64,000 nt of DNA from an uncultured virus (IMG/VR IMGVR_UViG_2061766007_000307) (taxonomy: Duplodnaviria > Heunggongvirae > Uroviricota > Caudoviricetes). The translations under genes and the position numbers were made by a program. How positions within the stretch are numbered: position 1 is the stretch's first letter; every line of letters begins with the position of its first letter. The stretch lies in the IMG/VR virus record IMGVR_UViG_2061766007_000307; one strand, written 5' to 3'. This document shows, piece by piece, positions 10,736-19,675 of the stretch. The notes beneath the pieces were generated by a model. It saw only the letters and a list, made by a program, of their open reading frames with translations, searched no databases and was not told the origin of the DNA.

Positions 10736-12022
10736 ATGAAAACATTTTCTGAGTATAGAAATAGCCAGAGGAACATGTCGATCAATGAGTCTGCTGCTCT
10801 TCAATACACTCTTTTTCCTAAAGATAAAAAAGAGCTTAGAAAGATGATACTTGATACTATTAGGGAACAAGGTGATAATGCGGATCTCAATCACATTGAT
10901 GTGTCCAAAATAACAGATTTCTCTGAACTGTTCAAAAATATCAAGTTTAACGGTGACATATCCAAATGGGACGTGTCTAATGCTACGAACATGTCATCGA
11001 TGTTTGAAGAATCTAAATTTAATGGAGATATATCTGGATGGGACGTGTCTAAGGTGAAAAATATGGAAGGCATGTTCTTTATTGCTAGATCATTCGATCA
11101 GGATCTATCTGGATGGGATGTGTCTAATGTGACCAATATGAAAAATATGTTCTGGGGAGCTGCTTCTTTCAATCAGGACCTATCAGGGTGGGATGTTTCT
11201 AATGTAACATATATGAGTGGAATGTTTCACAATGCTGAAGTGTTCAGCGGAGATGTCAGTACATGGGATGTCCGTAATGTGACTGACATGAGCTATATGT
11301 TTTCTGGGTGTGAGAGGTTCAATGGCAATCTGAAAAGATGGAACCCTAAGAACGTATGCAATATGAACTCGATGTTCTATGAGTGCAAATCGTTCAATCA
11401 AGATATATCCAGATGGGATGTGTCTAATGTGAATAGTATGGAGGATATGTTCAACGGATGCATATCATTCAATCAAGATCTATCCTATTGGGATATGTCT
11501 AATGTAAAAAATGTATTTGGCATGTTCCAAGGATGCTTGTCATTCAATAAAGACTTATCAGGATGGAATGTATCTAATATGAAAAATATGTCTGCGTTGT
11601 TCGCTAATTGCGAATCATTCAACCAAGATATCTCAAAATGGAATGTATCTAATGCGACAGCTACTGCATTTATGTTCTTTAAGTGCAAAAAGTTCAACCA
11701 AGATATATCAAAATGGAATGTGTCTAAAGTGACAAGCATGAACAAAATGTTCGAAGGTGCAGAATCATTCAATCAGGATCTATCAAAATGGAATGTATCT
11801 AATGTAGAAAATATGGACAGCATGTTCAAAGGTGCCAAATCATTCAATCAGGACATATCAGGATGGGATGTATCTAATGTGTCAAATATGGCATATATGT
11901 TCGACAATGCCAAATCATTCAATCAGGACATATCAGGATGGGCCGTGTCTAAGGTGATAAATAGATTGGACGTGTTCAAAGACTGCCCATGCCCAGAAGA
12001 ATATCGACCAAAATTTAAGTAA
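10736..12022 (+). CDS. DUF285/BspA-like LRR protein with MKTFSEY leader
   Basis: Leader ends SINES; longest paralog (428 aa). Confidence 0.9.
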   Translation: MKTFSEYRNSQRNMSINESAALQYTLFPKDKKELRKMILDTIREQGDNADLNHIDVSKITDFSELFKNIKFNGDISKWDVSNATNMSSMFEESKFNGDISGWDVSKVKNMEGMFFIARSFDQDLSGWDVSNVTNMKNMFWGAASFNQDLSGWDVSNVTYMSGMFHNAEVFSGDVSTWDVRNVTDMSYMFSGCERFNGNLKRWNPKNVCNMNSMFYECKSFNQDISRWDVSNVNSMEDMFNGCISFNQDLSYWDMSNVKNVFGMFQGCLSFNKDLSGWNVSNMKNMSALFANCESFNQDISKWNVSNATATAFMFFKCKKFNQDISKWNVSKVTSMNKMFEGAESFNQDLSKWNVSNVENMDSMFKGAKSFNQDISGWDVSNVSNMAYMFDNAKSFNQDISGWAVSKVINRLDVFKDCPCPEEYRPKFK

Positions 12023-12046
12023 ACATATAACTTATTGATTATTAAT

Positions 12047-12958
12047 ATGAAAACATTTTCAGAGTATAGAAGTATCATGAAAGGTGTATCGATCAAGGAG
12101 TCTACTGTTCCTCAATATACTATATTTCCAAAAGATAAGGGAGAGTTAGAACAAATGATCATAGATGAGATCGAGAATCAAGGATACGAAGCTGACTTAA
12201 ACCATATAGATGTATCTAAAGTGACAGATTTATCTAAATTGTTTTATGAATCAGATTTCTGTGGAAATATATCCATGTGGGATGTATCTAATGCAACAAA
12301 TATGAGCGGAATGTTCCAGGGAGCAGGAGCATTTGATGGAGATATATCAAATTGGAATGTATCTAAGGTTACTGATATGTCTGGAATGTTCGAAGATGCA
12401 GGATCATTCGACCATGATCTATCTGGATGGGATGTATCTAACGTGACAAATATGTCTTTTATGTTCTTTGGAGCAGTATCGTTCAATCAAGACCTGTCTG
12501 GGTGGGATGTATCTAATGTGACAGATATGTCCTCTATGTTCTGCGAAGCTTCTAGATTCAATGGAGACGTCAGTACATGGGATGTCCGTAATGTGAAAGA
12601 TATGAATAGGATGTTCTGGAATAGTGAATTCAACGGGAATCTGAAAAGATGGAACACTAAGAATGTAGAAAACATGAAATATATGTTCTTAGGCGTAAAT
12701 TCATTCAACCAAGATATATCAAGATGGGACGTTTCTAATGTGAAAGATATGGAAGGTATGTTCATAGATGCTAAATCATTCAATCAAGATATATCAAAAT
12801 GGGATGTTTCTAATGTAAAAGTTATGACATATATGTTTCAAGGAGCTAAATCCTTCGATCAGGATCTATCAGGATGGAATGTGTCTAAGGTTACGAAGAG
12901 AATGGGAATGTTTGAAGGCTGTCCGTGCACAGAAGAGCATCAGCCTAGGTTCAAGTAA
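12047..12958 (+). CDS. DUF285/BspA-like LRR protein with MKTFSEY leader
   Basis: ATG at 12047; leader ends SIKES; repeats. Confidence 0.9.
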   Translation: MKTFSEYRSIMKGVSIKESTVPQYTIFPKDKGELEQMIIDEIENQGYEADLNHIDVSKVTDLSKLFYESDFCGNISMWDVSNATNMSGMFQGAGAFDGDISNWNVSKVTDMSGMFEDAGSFDHDLSGWDVSNVTNMSFMFFGAVSFNQDLSGWDVSNVTDMSSMFCEASRFNGDVSTWDVRNVKDMNRMFWNSEFNGNLKRWNTKNVENMKYMFLGVNSFNQDISRWDVSNVKDMEGMFIDAKSFNQDISKWDVSNVKVMTYMFQGAKSFDQDLSGWNVSKVTKRMGMFEGCPCTEEHQPRFK

Positions 12959-12986
12959 ATAAATTCATACGCATATAGCTGCTAAT

Positions 12987-14264
12987 ATGAAAACATTTTC
13001 AGAGTATAGAAATATCGCAAAAAGTATATCGATCAAAGAGTCGAGTGTTCCTCAATATACTCTATTCCCAAAAGACAGAGATGAACTGTCTCAGATGATT
13101 GCAGATGAAATTAATAAGCAAGGACTCTCTGCTGACTTGAATCATATTGATGTGTCTAAAATAGAAGATCTCTCTGAATTATTCTTATTTTCTAATTTCA
13201 ACGGGGATATATCTCAATGGGATGTGTCTAATGCCAAAAACATGCACAATATGTTTTCATATTCATGTTTTAATGGTGATATATCAGATTGGGATGTATC
13301 TAATGTAGAAGATATGTCGATGATGTTCGATTTCAACAAGCACTTCGATCAGGGTCTATCAGGATGGGATGTGTCTAATGTCAAAAACATGGAGTCTATG
13401 TTTGAATCATCAATATTTAATGGTGACATCAGCACATGGGATGTCCGTAATGTGACTAATATGAGCGGAATGTTCTCTATGAGTAATTTTAATGGAAAAC
13501 TGAAATCATGGAATGTCAAAAATGTCACAGACATGTCAGACATGTTCGAACGCAATGAATCATTCAATCAGGATATATCGAGGTGGAATGTATCTAATGT
13601 AACGAATATGTCCCGCATGTTCTATAAAGCCAGTGAGTTCAATAAAGATATATCCAGATGGGATGTGTCTAAGGTGGAAAATATGAGTAACATGTTCCAT
13701 GGCGCCAAATCTTTCAATCAAGACATATCTCAATGGAACACAAAGAATGTAAGTGTTATGGATGGTATGTTTCGTGATTGTGAGTCGTTCAATAGTGATA
13801 TATCAGAATGGGATGTGTCTAATGTGTTTAATATGGAATTTATGTTCTTTAATACAAAATTCAATAAGAATCTAGAGAAATGGGATACTAAGAACGTAGA
13901 TAATATGAAACACATGTTCTGTGATAATAAGGTTTTCAATCAAGACATATCTTCATGGGATGTATCTAATGTGACAAATATGGAATACATGTTCGGAGAT
14001 TGCAAGAATTTCAATCAAGACATATCTTCATGGAAGGTTTCTAATGTGACAAATATGACTGGCATGTTCAGTGGATGCAAATTATTCAATCAAGACATAT
14101 CTTCATGGAAGGTTGATAATGTGAAATATATGGGCTTTATGTTCGAAGGGGCAGAATCATTCAATCAGGATATATCGGGATGGGATGTATCTAAGGTGAC
14201 AAATAAATTGGATATGTTCCACGGCTGTCCTTGCCCAGAAGAATATAGACCTAAGTTCAAGTAA
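12987..14264 (+). CDS. DUF285/BspA-like LRR protein with MKTFSEY leader
   Basis: Leader ends SIKES; repeats; CPCP cap. Confidence 0.9.
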   Translation: MKTFSEYRNIAKSISIKESSVPQYTLFPKDRDELSQMIADEINKQGLSADLNHIDVSKIEDLSELFLFSNFNGDISQWDVSNAKNMHNMFSYSCFNGDISDWDVSNVEDMSMMFDFNKHFDQGLSGWDVSNVKNMESMFESSIFNGDISTWDVRNVTNMSGMFSMSNFNGKLKSWNVKNVTDMSDMFERNESFNQDISRWNVSNVTNMSRMFYKASEFNKDISRWDVSKVENMSNMFHGAKSFNQDISQWNTKNVSVMDGMFRDCESFNSDISEWDVSNVFNMEFMFFNTKFNKNLEKWDTKNVDNMKHMFCDNKVFNQDISSWDVSNVTNMEYMFGDCKNFNQDISSWKVSNVTNMTGMFSGCKLFNQDISSWKVDNVKYMGFMFEGAESFNQDISGWDVSKVTNKLDMFHGCPCPEEYRPKFK

Positions 14265-14289
14265 ATGAATATATACACTATAATATAAT

Positions 14290-14763
14290 ATGAAAACATT
14301 TTCAGAATATAGAAATGCTCTAAAGAGCTCATTTATCAAAGAATCTGCATCTCCTCAATACACTCTATTTCCTAAAGATAAGGAAGAGCTGAAACATATG
14401 ATCAACGACGAGATCAAGAAACACGGTGACAATGCAAATTTGAATCATATAGATGTATCTAATATAACAGATTTCTCTAATTTGTTCACAGAGTCTTTCG
14501 ACGGTGATATATCTGACTGGGATGTATCTAATGCAACAAACATGTCATATATGTTCGCTAAGTGTGAATCATTCGACTGTGATATATCTGGATGGGACGT
14601 ATCTAAAGTAACAGATATGAACTATATGTTCTATGAAGCAGGATCTTTCAATCAAAATATATCCAAATGGGATGTGTCTAATGTGAAATCATATTATGAC
14701 GCGTTCAAAGATTGCCCATGCCCAAAGGAATATCGACCAAAGTTCAAACGACGCCGATTGTAA
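14290..14763 (+). CDS. Short DUF285/BspA-like LRR protein with MKTFSEY leader
   Basis: About 3 repeats; leader ends FIKES. Confidence 0.9.
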   Translation: MKTFSEYRNALKSSFIKESASPQYTLFPKDKEELKHMINDEIKKHGDNANLNHIDVSNITDFSNLFTESFDGDISDWDVSNATNMSYMFAKCESFDCDISGWDVSKVTDMNYMFYEAGSFNQNISKWDVSNVKSYYDAFKDCPCPKEYRPKFKRRRL

Positions 14764-14789
14764 CTCTGATCATACAAAAAATTCAAGAC

Positions 14790-14827
14790 AAAAAGTGAGG
14801 TAGATCGCAGTCCACCTCACTTTTTTT
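14790..14827. terminator. Bidirectional intrinsic terminator closing the DUF285 array
   Basis: aaaaagtgaggt-loop-acctcacttttttt between convergent genes. Confidence 0.8.
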
Positions 14828-14918
14828 GCTATTTTACAATAGATTTAACGCATCTGAAATATTTTTGAATATATTTCGTCGTGTTTCAAAAGATATCGCG
14901 TTATACGCTGTTTTTGTG

Positions 14919-17684
14919 TCAGATTCTAGATGTTACTAATCTCACACAATGACCTCCATGCCTATTCGCGTAATATACAAATTCTCTACCTTTATTAAAC
15001 GTGAAGCAATATGCATATTTATCATTATAGTGAGTAGATGACCAATAATCGCCATATGAATTGACTTCATCTACATCGATTCCATCTCGGTCACCTCCTG
15101 CAGGAAGAAATACTGCTCCACTTTTCTCTAACAGGTTCCATATTACAACAGACCATGTATTGTTCGTATATTTAGCAGTATCTATAACGACATCTATATT
15201 TTCAGGACATACCCAATCATCAGGGAAGAACACATATCCGTTAGTTCCGTCTATACATGCCCTAGTACGCAATGATGCTGCATTCTCTCTTCCTGAATAT
15301 AAGTATTCCCATTCTTTCATAGACAAAGTAAACCATAATCCTTCAGCATCACCTCCATTAGAAATTCTATTATAGCCCCAATCAATATCATTGTCTATGT
15401 CCTTGTCAGGGTCATTATTGATATAATAGTCTTTATCGTCTTCACTGATAGACCATGGCTGCCATGAAACAGATCCATTATCTATTCCAGTGCTGCCCCA
15501 CCCATATAGATCTATATGCCCAGCAAAATCAGAACTTATGCTTGAGTTATCTCCTCCTATATAATTATATTGCTCTGAAGCCAATGCCCATGTCATCTCG
15601 CCAGGGTAGAACAGCAGATTGCCTTGAGAGAACTTCACTTTCTTATCATCAGACACTGAGAATATTCCAGGCAGCACACCATCTGGTTTTGCAACAGGAT
15701 CTTCTGCAGCAAATATAGCTGTCAATGAAATATCGCTATCCATTGTTATAGCCTTCTCTTTATTCGTATCACCATCGCTCCAAGAAACAAACACATATCC
15801 TATTGATGATGAAGCGGCTATATTCACAATGGTGCCTTTCTCATATGTTCCGCTTCCTGTAGTATCGCCTGAATCTACAGGTTCTACACTGAGCGAAAGC
15901 TTATAGGTAGGCACAGGTGCTTTCTCATGTTCATCAGGATGTTTCACTAAAGGCATGATGCTCTCGCTTGTAATGCGAGGTTGAGCCATATCAGAAACTA
16001 TCATGTTCTGCATATCTTGAGAGACTTGGACTATAGCTGCACTGAATTCTTTATCTGCTGGAAGAGGATCTGTAGCTATTTTGATATTGGTTATACAGTA
16101 CGGTCCTCCGAATAAGCATACTTCTCCATATTCTGCATCATTCAGCAAAGGATAAGCTTTATCAAGATCATCTCTGGAATATCCTTCTGCTATGACAGGA
16201 ACAAATTTATCTCTTGAATGAAGATCATCTCTCTCCTGTCCCCACACAGAGACGCGGGTCATAGAAAAATCATCCTCGTCCATTATAATAGATGCTATAC
16301 ACCATTTGTTAGTGATGGGATCGTTCATAGTGAACGTCTTTACATTATTCTCTTTCTTGACTGATATAGTCTTTCGGGTTATCCATACAGAAATATTTCC
16401 GTCGCTGATAACAGGCATAGGTCTGGTTACAGTAGATATCAGCTTATAAATGAATGAGATACGGCAGATAGGTTCATTCTTGTGCTTATGGTACAAAATA
16501 GCGCAATTGCCTACTCTCTTGCCTCTTACTTTATAATTATAGCTTGCCACAGGGATATTCATATGATAAAGAATCTCTTTCTGGCACTTTATCGCACTAT
16601 CGTATGTATCTGCAATAAAATCGCTTCTCTTTCTAGAGTTGTCCAATATCTTATCATTAAGCAAAGAATCACCTCTTGCCTTCTCTGTATCTTCTTTAGC
16701 AGCTTTGATATGGTCTTCCTGTTTCTGATTGAATGTGAAAGTCTCGATTTCTTTAGTAAGATCTCCGTCGTCTATATTGAGCGTTTTAGATTCAGTCTCT
16801 TCTGCACCATCTCTGTCTTTTACCACTTCAGGATCATTTCCGTCTATGCCTATCATACTTCTTTCCTGATATGGCTGCAGAAGCACTATCCAATAAGATG
16901 ATGCATATAAGAAATCATCTGGCTGATATACACCTATAACTTCGAACATCTTGTTGAAGTTCTTCATGTTGAATGCCAGATAATCGTGCTCTCTGGGATA
17001 CGCCTTGCTGCCGAATTTTGAATGGAACTCATCTTTTACAATATGAACAGTAAGAGTCTCCTGATAATCAAGCAGAGGATTATTGATAGCGAAGCTTCTT
17101 GATGGAAGGTTATTATCTTCTACAAGAACCTTCACATTATTAGAAGCAGATACATTCTTTAATGAATATTCATGGAATATATAATCTGCTGAATTTCTCA
17201 CTGGAGAAGTCCTGAAGTATCTTGTAGTGAATCCGAAAGTATCAGAAACTATAGATGACAGTTCATTGTATAATTCAGATGCAGAACCTGTTGCGTATGG
17301 GTTGAATATTGCATCTGCGTCTTCACATTCTATAGTTTTGATAGAAGCAGTACATGGCTCGCTATCTGGATCACCATCTATAGTATTGTCGTTTATAGAT
17401 ATAGTAGGCAGTTCACATACTTTATCTTCAGGAAGAGATACTTCGATCGCTGGAAAATCTTCTATAGCCTCTCCTTCAGATTCTATCTCTATGTCAACCT
17501 GAGAATCTCTGAAAGTCTTGCTATTGATCTCCTCTATTGACATGCCGAACCAATCGCTCCATAATCCAGCTTCTTTATGATATGTGTATCTATATCGAGA
17601 ATTTTCTTCCCAATAAGGAGAACCTCCTATAACATTCAGTGTTACAGAAGGCCCATGAAGTGATATGTCATACGTTCGTATCAT
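14919..17684 (-). CDS. T4 gp14-like neck/head-closure protein fused to a bacterial Ig-like repeat and a C-terminal Fib_succ_major/CLec-like domain
   Basis: YNELSSIVSDTFGFTTRYFR...YPREHDYL..FEV resembles gp14; GSGTYEKGT..YVFVSWSDG repeat; FSQGNL...FLPAGG..GDYWSST..VRLV. Confidence 0.55.
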   Translation of the reverse strand: MIRTYDISLHGPSVTLNVIGGSPYWEENSRYRYTYHKEAGLWSDWFGMSIEEINSKTFRDSQVDIEIESEGEAIEDFPAIEVSLPEDKVCELPTISINDNTIDGDPDSEPCTASIKTIECEDADAIFNPYATGSASELYNELSSIVSDTFGFTTRYFRTSPVRNSADYIFHEYSLKNVSASNNVKVLVEDNNLPSRSFAINNPLLDYQETLTVHIVKDEFHSKFGSKAYPREHDYLAFNMKNFNKMFEVIGVYQPDDFLYASSYWIVLLQPYQERSMIGIDGNDPEVVKDRDGAEETESKTLNIDDGDLTKEIETFTFNQKQEDHIKAAKEDTEKARGDSLLNDKILDNSRKRSDFIADTYDSAIKCQKEILYHMNIPVASYNYKVRGKRVGNCAILYHKHKNEPICRISFIYKLISTVTRPMPVISDGNISVWITRKTISVKKENNVKTFTMNDPITNKWCIASIIMDEDDFSMTRVSVWGQERDDLHSRDKFVPVIAEGYSRDDLDKAYPLLNDAEYGEVCLFGGPYCITNIKIATDPLPADKEFSAAIVQVSQDMQNMIVSDMAQPRITSESIMPLVKHPDEHEKAPVPTYKLSLSVEPVDSGDTTGSGTYEKGTIVNIAASSSIGYVFVSWSDGDTNKEKAITMDSDISLTAIFAAEDPVAKPDGVLPGIFSVSDDKKVKFSQGNLLFYPGEMTWALASEQYNYIGGDNSSISSDFAGHIDLYGWGSTGIDNGSVSWQPWSISEDDKDYYINNDPDKDIDNDIDWGYNRISNGGDAEGLWFTLSMKEWEYLYSGRENAASLRTRACIDGTNGYVFFPDDWVCPENIDVVIDTAKYTNNTWSVVIWNLLEKSGAVFLPAGGDRDGIDVDEVNSYGDYWSSTHYNDKYAYCFTFNKGREFVYYANRHGGHCVRLVTSRI

Positions 17685-17690
17685 ATGATG

Positions 17691-19070
17691 TTATTTTGCA
17701 GTATTAAACTTATGCTCATCACGAAGAGCGTTGATATATTGGATGAATAAGTTCTTTTTGCTTAAAATTTCTAGCTTTGCTGCTCTATCTGGCTGCTTTC
17801 CTATGCGTCTATCTTTCTGCAATAGGTTATACTTGTTCTTTATGAACATCTCGACATGATCAGAAAACTTGAAATCCATGATGTCATATACATATAATCT
17901 GAAATCCTCCAATCCAAAGAACATATAGAAATCTGCTCCTAGCATGATATCATGTTCGTTGTTCGGAAGCTTCTGAGGAACTATGGCATCATTGACTCTT
18001 TTCAATGCAATGTATAGTCTTCTCTTATCGTACACGAATCTCATCGCTTGAGGTGCTTTATTAGGCTCGCTTGTCCAATATGCATTAAGAGCTTCCTGCT
18101 CTTCTTCCTCGAGATTCTTGTACTCTTTGTAGCTTCTGATCTTCTTCTCTGTATTAAGCTTCTTGCCGAGGTCGATAAGTTCCTGCTTGTTGTCTGCTGC
18201 TTTGTCAGCCTCTCGATAATCTCTGTTAAGATTCCTTTCATTAGAGCTGATCTCTCTGTCGATCGTGTGTTCATCGTAATAGTCTCCTCTGTCGTTGAAG
18301 CGAAGATTCTCTACTACGTGCCGGTCCAGACATGTAGACAATGCTGTTATATAAGAACCCATGTCTTTGCGGACTTTCAGACATAGATTGTTTGCTGATT
18401 GGATTGTAATTGCTCTACATGTCGTACCCCATTCAGCAACCCATTTATCATTAGCAGCAAAAGCATCTATAAGCTTGTCAGCAGATTCAATATTCTCTTT
18501 GAATCCTTCAGCATCATGCTGTATGGTCTGGTCCAGCATATGCATGACCTGAGTGTCACGAGAGTCAACATACTTCTGTGTCACGCTGATGACTTCAGAT
18601 ATCTTCATGCCGTAATCCTTTGATAAGTTAGATACTTCAGCAAGGCCTCTGTTTGCCTTGCTTCGTGCAATCATATCCATGCATACACATTTTATGACAT
18701 TGTTGATATTTGATATGATTTCCAATCCTATCTTATTGATATATAGCTGGCGTATAGCATAAGTGACAACTGTAGTGGCTATCGGATTTAGAAATGCATC
18801 GAAGTTATATACAACGTTCAAAGCATGTAAAGCATAATTTGATGCTTTTTTAGACATCAATGCTTCAATAAGGTTAGCTTTGATGTCGCCTAAGGTTACT
18901 AATATCTTATCTACTTCAATACCTTTATCTTTTTTGTTATCAGTGCTTTCTGCTGCTTCCGCATCTTCAATAGTTTCTCTTACATGACTTATATAATCGG
19001 TGACTGCTTTATGCAGCTTCTCCATTTGATCTTTGACATCACTGCCTGCTAATACGTCAAAAGTATTCAT
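17691..19070 (-). CDS. Hypothetical helical protein, probably late/virion
   Basis: Long ORF; start reassigned to MNTFDV at 19070 behind a GTAAATA motif. Confidence 0.6.
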   Translation of the reverse strand: MNTFDVLAGSDVKDQMEKLHKAVTDYISHVRETIEDAEAAESTDNKKDKGIEVDKILVTLGDIKANLIEALMSKKASNYALHALNVVYNFDAFLNPIATTVVTYAIRQLYINKIGLEIISNINNVIKCVCMDMIARSKANRGLAEVSNLSKDYGMKISEVISVTQKYVDSRDTQVMHMLDQTIQHDAEGFKENIESADKLIDAFAANDKWVAEWGTTCRAITIQSANNLCLKVRKDMGSYITALSTCLDRHVVENLRFNDRGDYYDEHTIDREISSNERNLNRDYREADKAADNKQELIDLGKKLNTEKKIRSYKEYKNLEEEEQEALNAYWTSEPNKAPQAMRFVYDKRRLYIALKRVNDAIVPQKLPNNEHDIMLGADFYMFFGLEDFRLYVYDIMDFKFSDHVEMFIKNKYNLLQKDRRIGKQPDRAAKLEILSKKNLFIQYINALRDEHKFNTAK

Positions 19071-19081
19071 GTTGATTTTGA

Positions 19082-19105
19082 GTAAATATACATATAGATA
19101 TTTAC
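19082..19105. promoter_or_regulatory. Pair of opposite-strand GTAAATA late-type promoters
   Basis: GTAAATA (+) at 19082 is 32 nt before ATG 19114; GTAAATA (-) at 19105 is 35 nt before ATG 19070. Confidence 0.6.
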
Positions 19106-19113
19106 ATAACGTA

Positions 19114-19653
19114 ATGCCATCTAAGTTTTTTGAAAATACAAGATCTGTAGTCAAGAAAGATAATAAACCTTTATTATCTTGGTTTGACCTGATACTTTAT
19201 ATAAACGCTATACGATTGTATAACAATTTAGATAAAATCTACGGCCCGACATCTATATTCAGTCATAATGGAGATTCTGCATTTATAGGTGTAGAAAATA
19301 TGGCTTCGAAATGGTTTGAACCTCTGATTGAAGCGCGCAATATAGCACCAAGACATGGAATAGCGTTCTATGTGCTGTTAGAGGATTTCGATAATTTCAT
19401 ATGTTCGCTTATAGGTACTGATAACCTTAATGACATATATGATAATAATCATTTCAATAACCCTAAGACGACATATCTCACTGGAGACGTTACACTTCCG
19501 GTACTGATATATTCGATGCAGGATTTTGCTACAATGTTCAATAGATTAGCTACTGACGCAAAATTAGGTACTGTATGGTACGCTAATGGCGGAACGACGT
19601 ACTTTACTTCTACTCTTACAAATCAAATAAAACGCTCACGCGTAAATATATAA
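19114..19653 (+). CDS. Hypothetical protein
   Basis: ORF with likely start MPSKFF at 19114. Confidence 0.6.
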   Translation: MPSKFFENTRSVVKKDNKPLLSWFDLILYINAIRLYNNLDKIYGPTSIFSHNGDSAFIGVENMASKWFEPLIEARNIAPRHGIAFYVLLEDFDNFICSLIGTDNLNDIYDNNHFNNPKTTYLTGDVTLPVLIYSMQDFATMFNRLATDAKLGTVWYANGGTTYFTSTLTNQIKRSRVNI

Positions 19654-19675
19654 GTATTACGTAATTAAATTAAAT

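Noticed and set aside
114..14339. Many antisense ORFs over the LRR array (..LDTSH.DIS..)
   Set aside because: Shadows of the repetitive sense-strand coding pattern, with no independent signals
1..14763. CRISPR array or DGR as the explanation for the periodic DNA repeats
   Set aside because: The repeats are in-frame protein repeats of about 72-75 bp; there are no cas genes, no RT and no adenine-specific template/variable pair in the window
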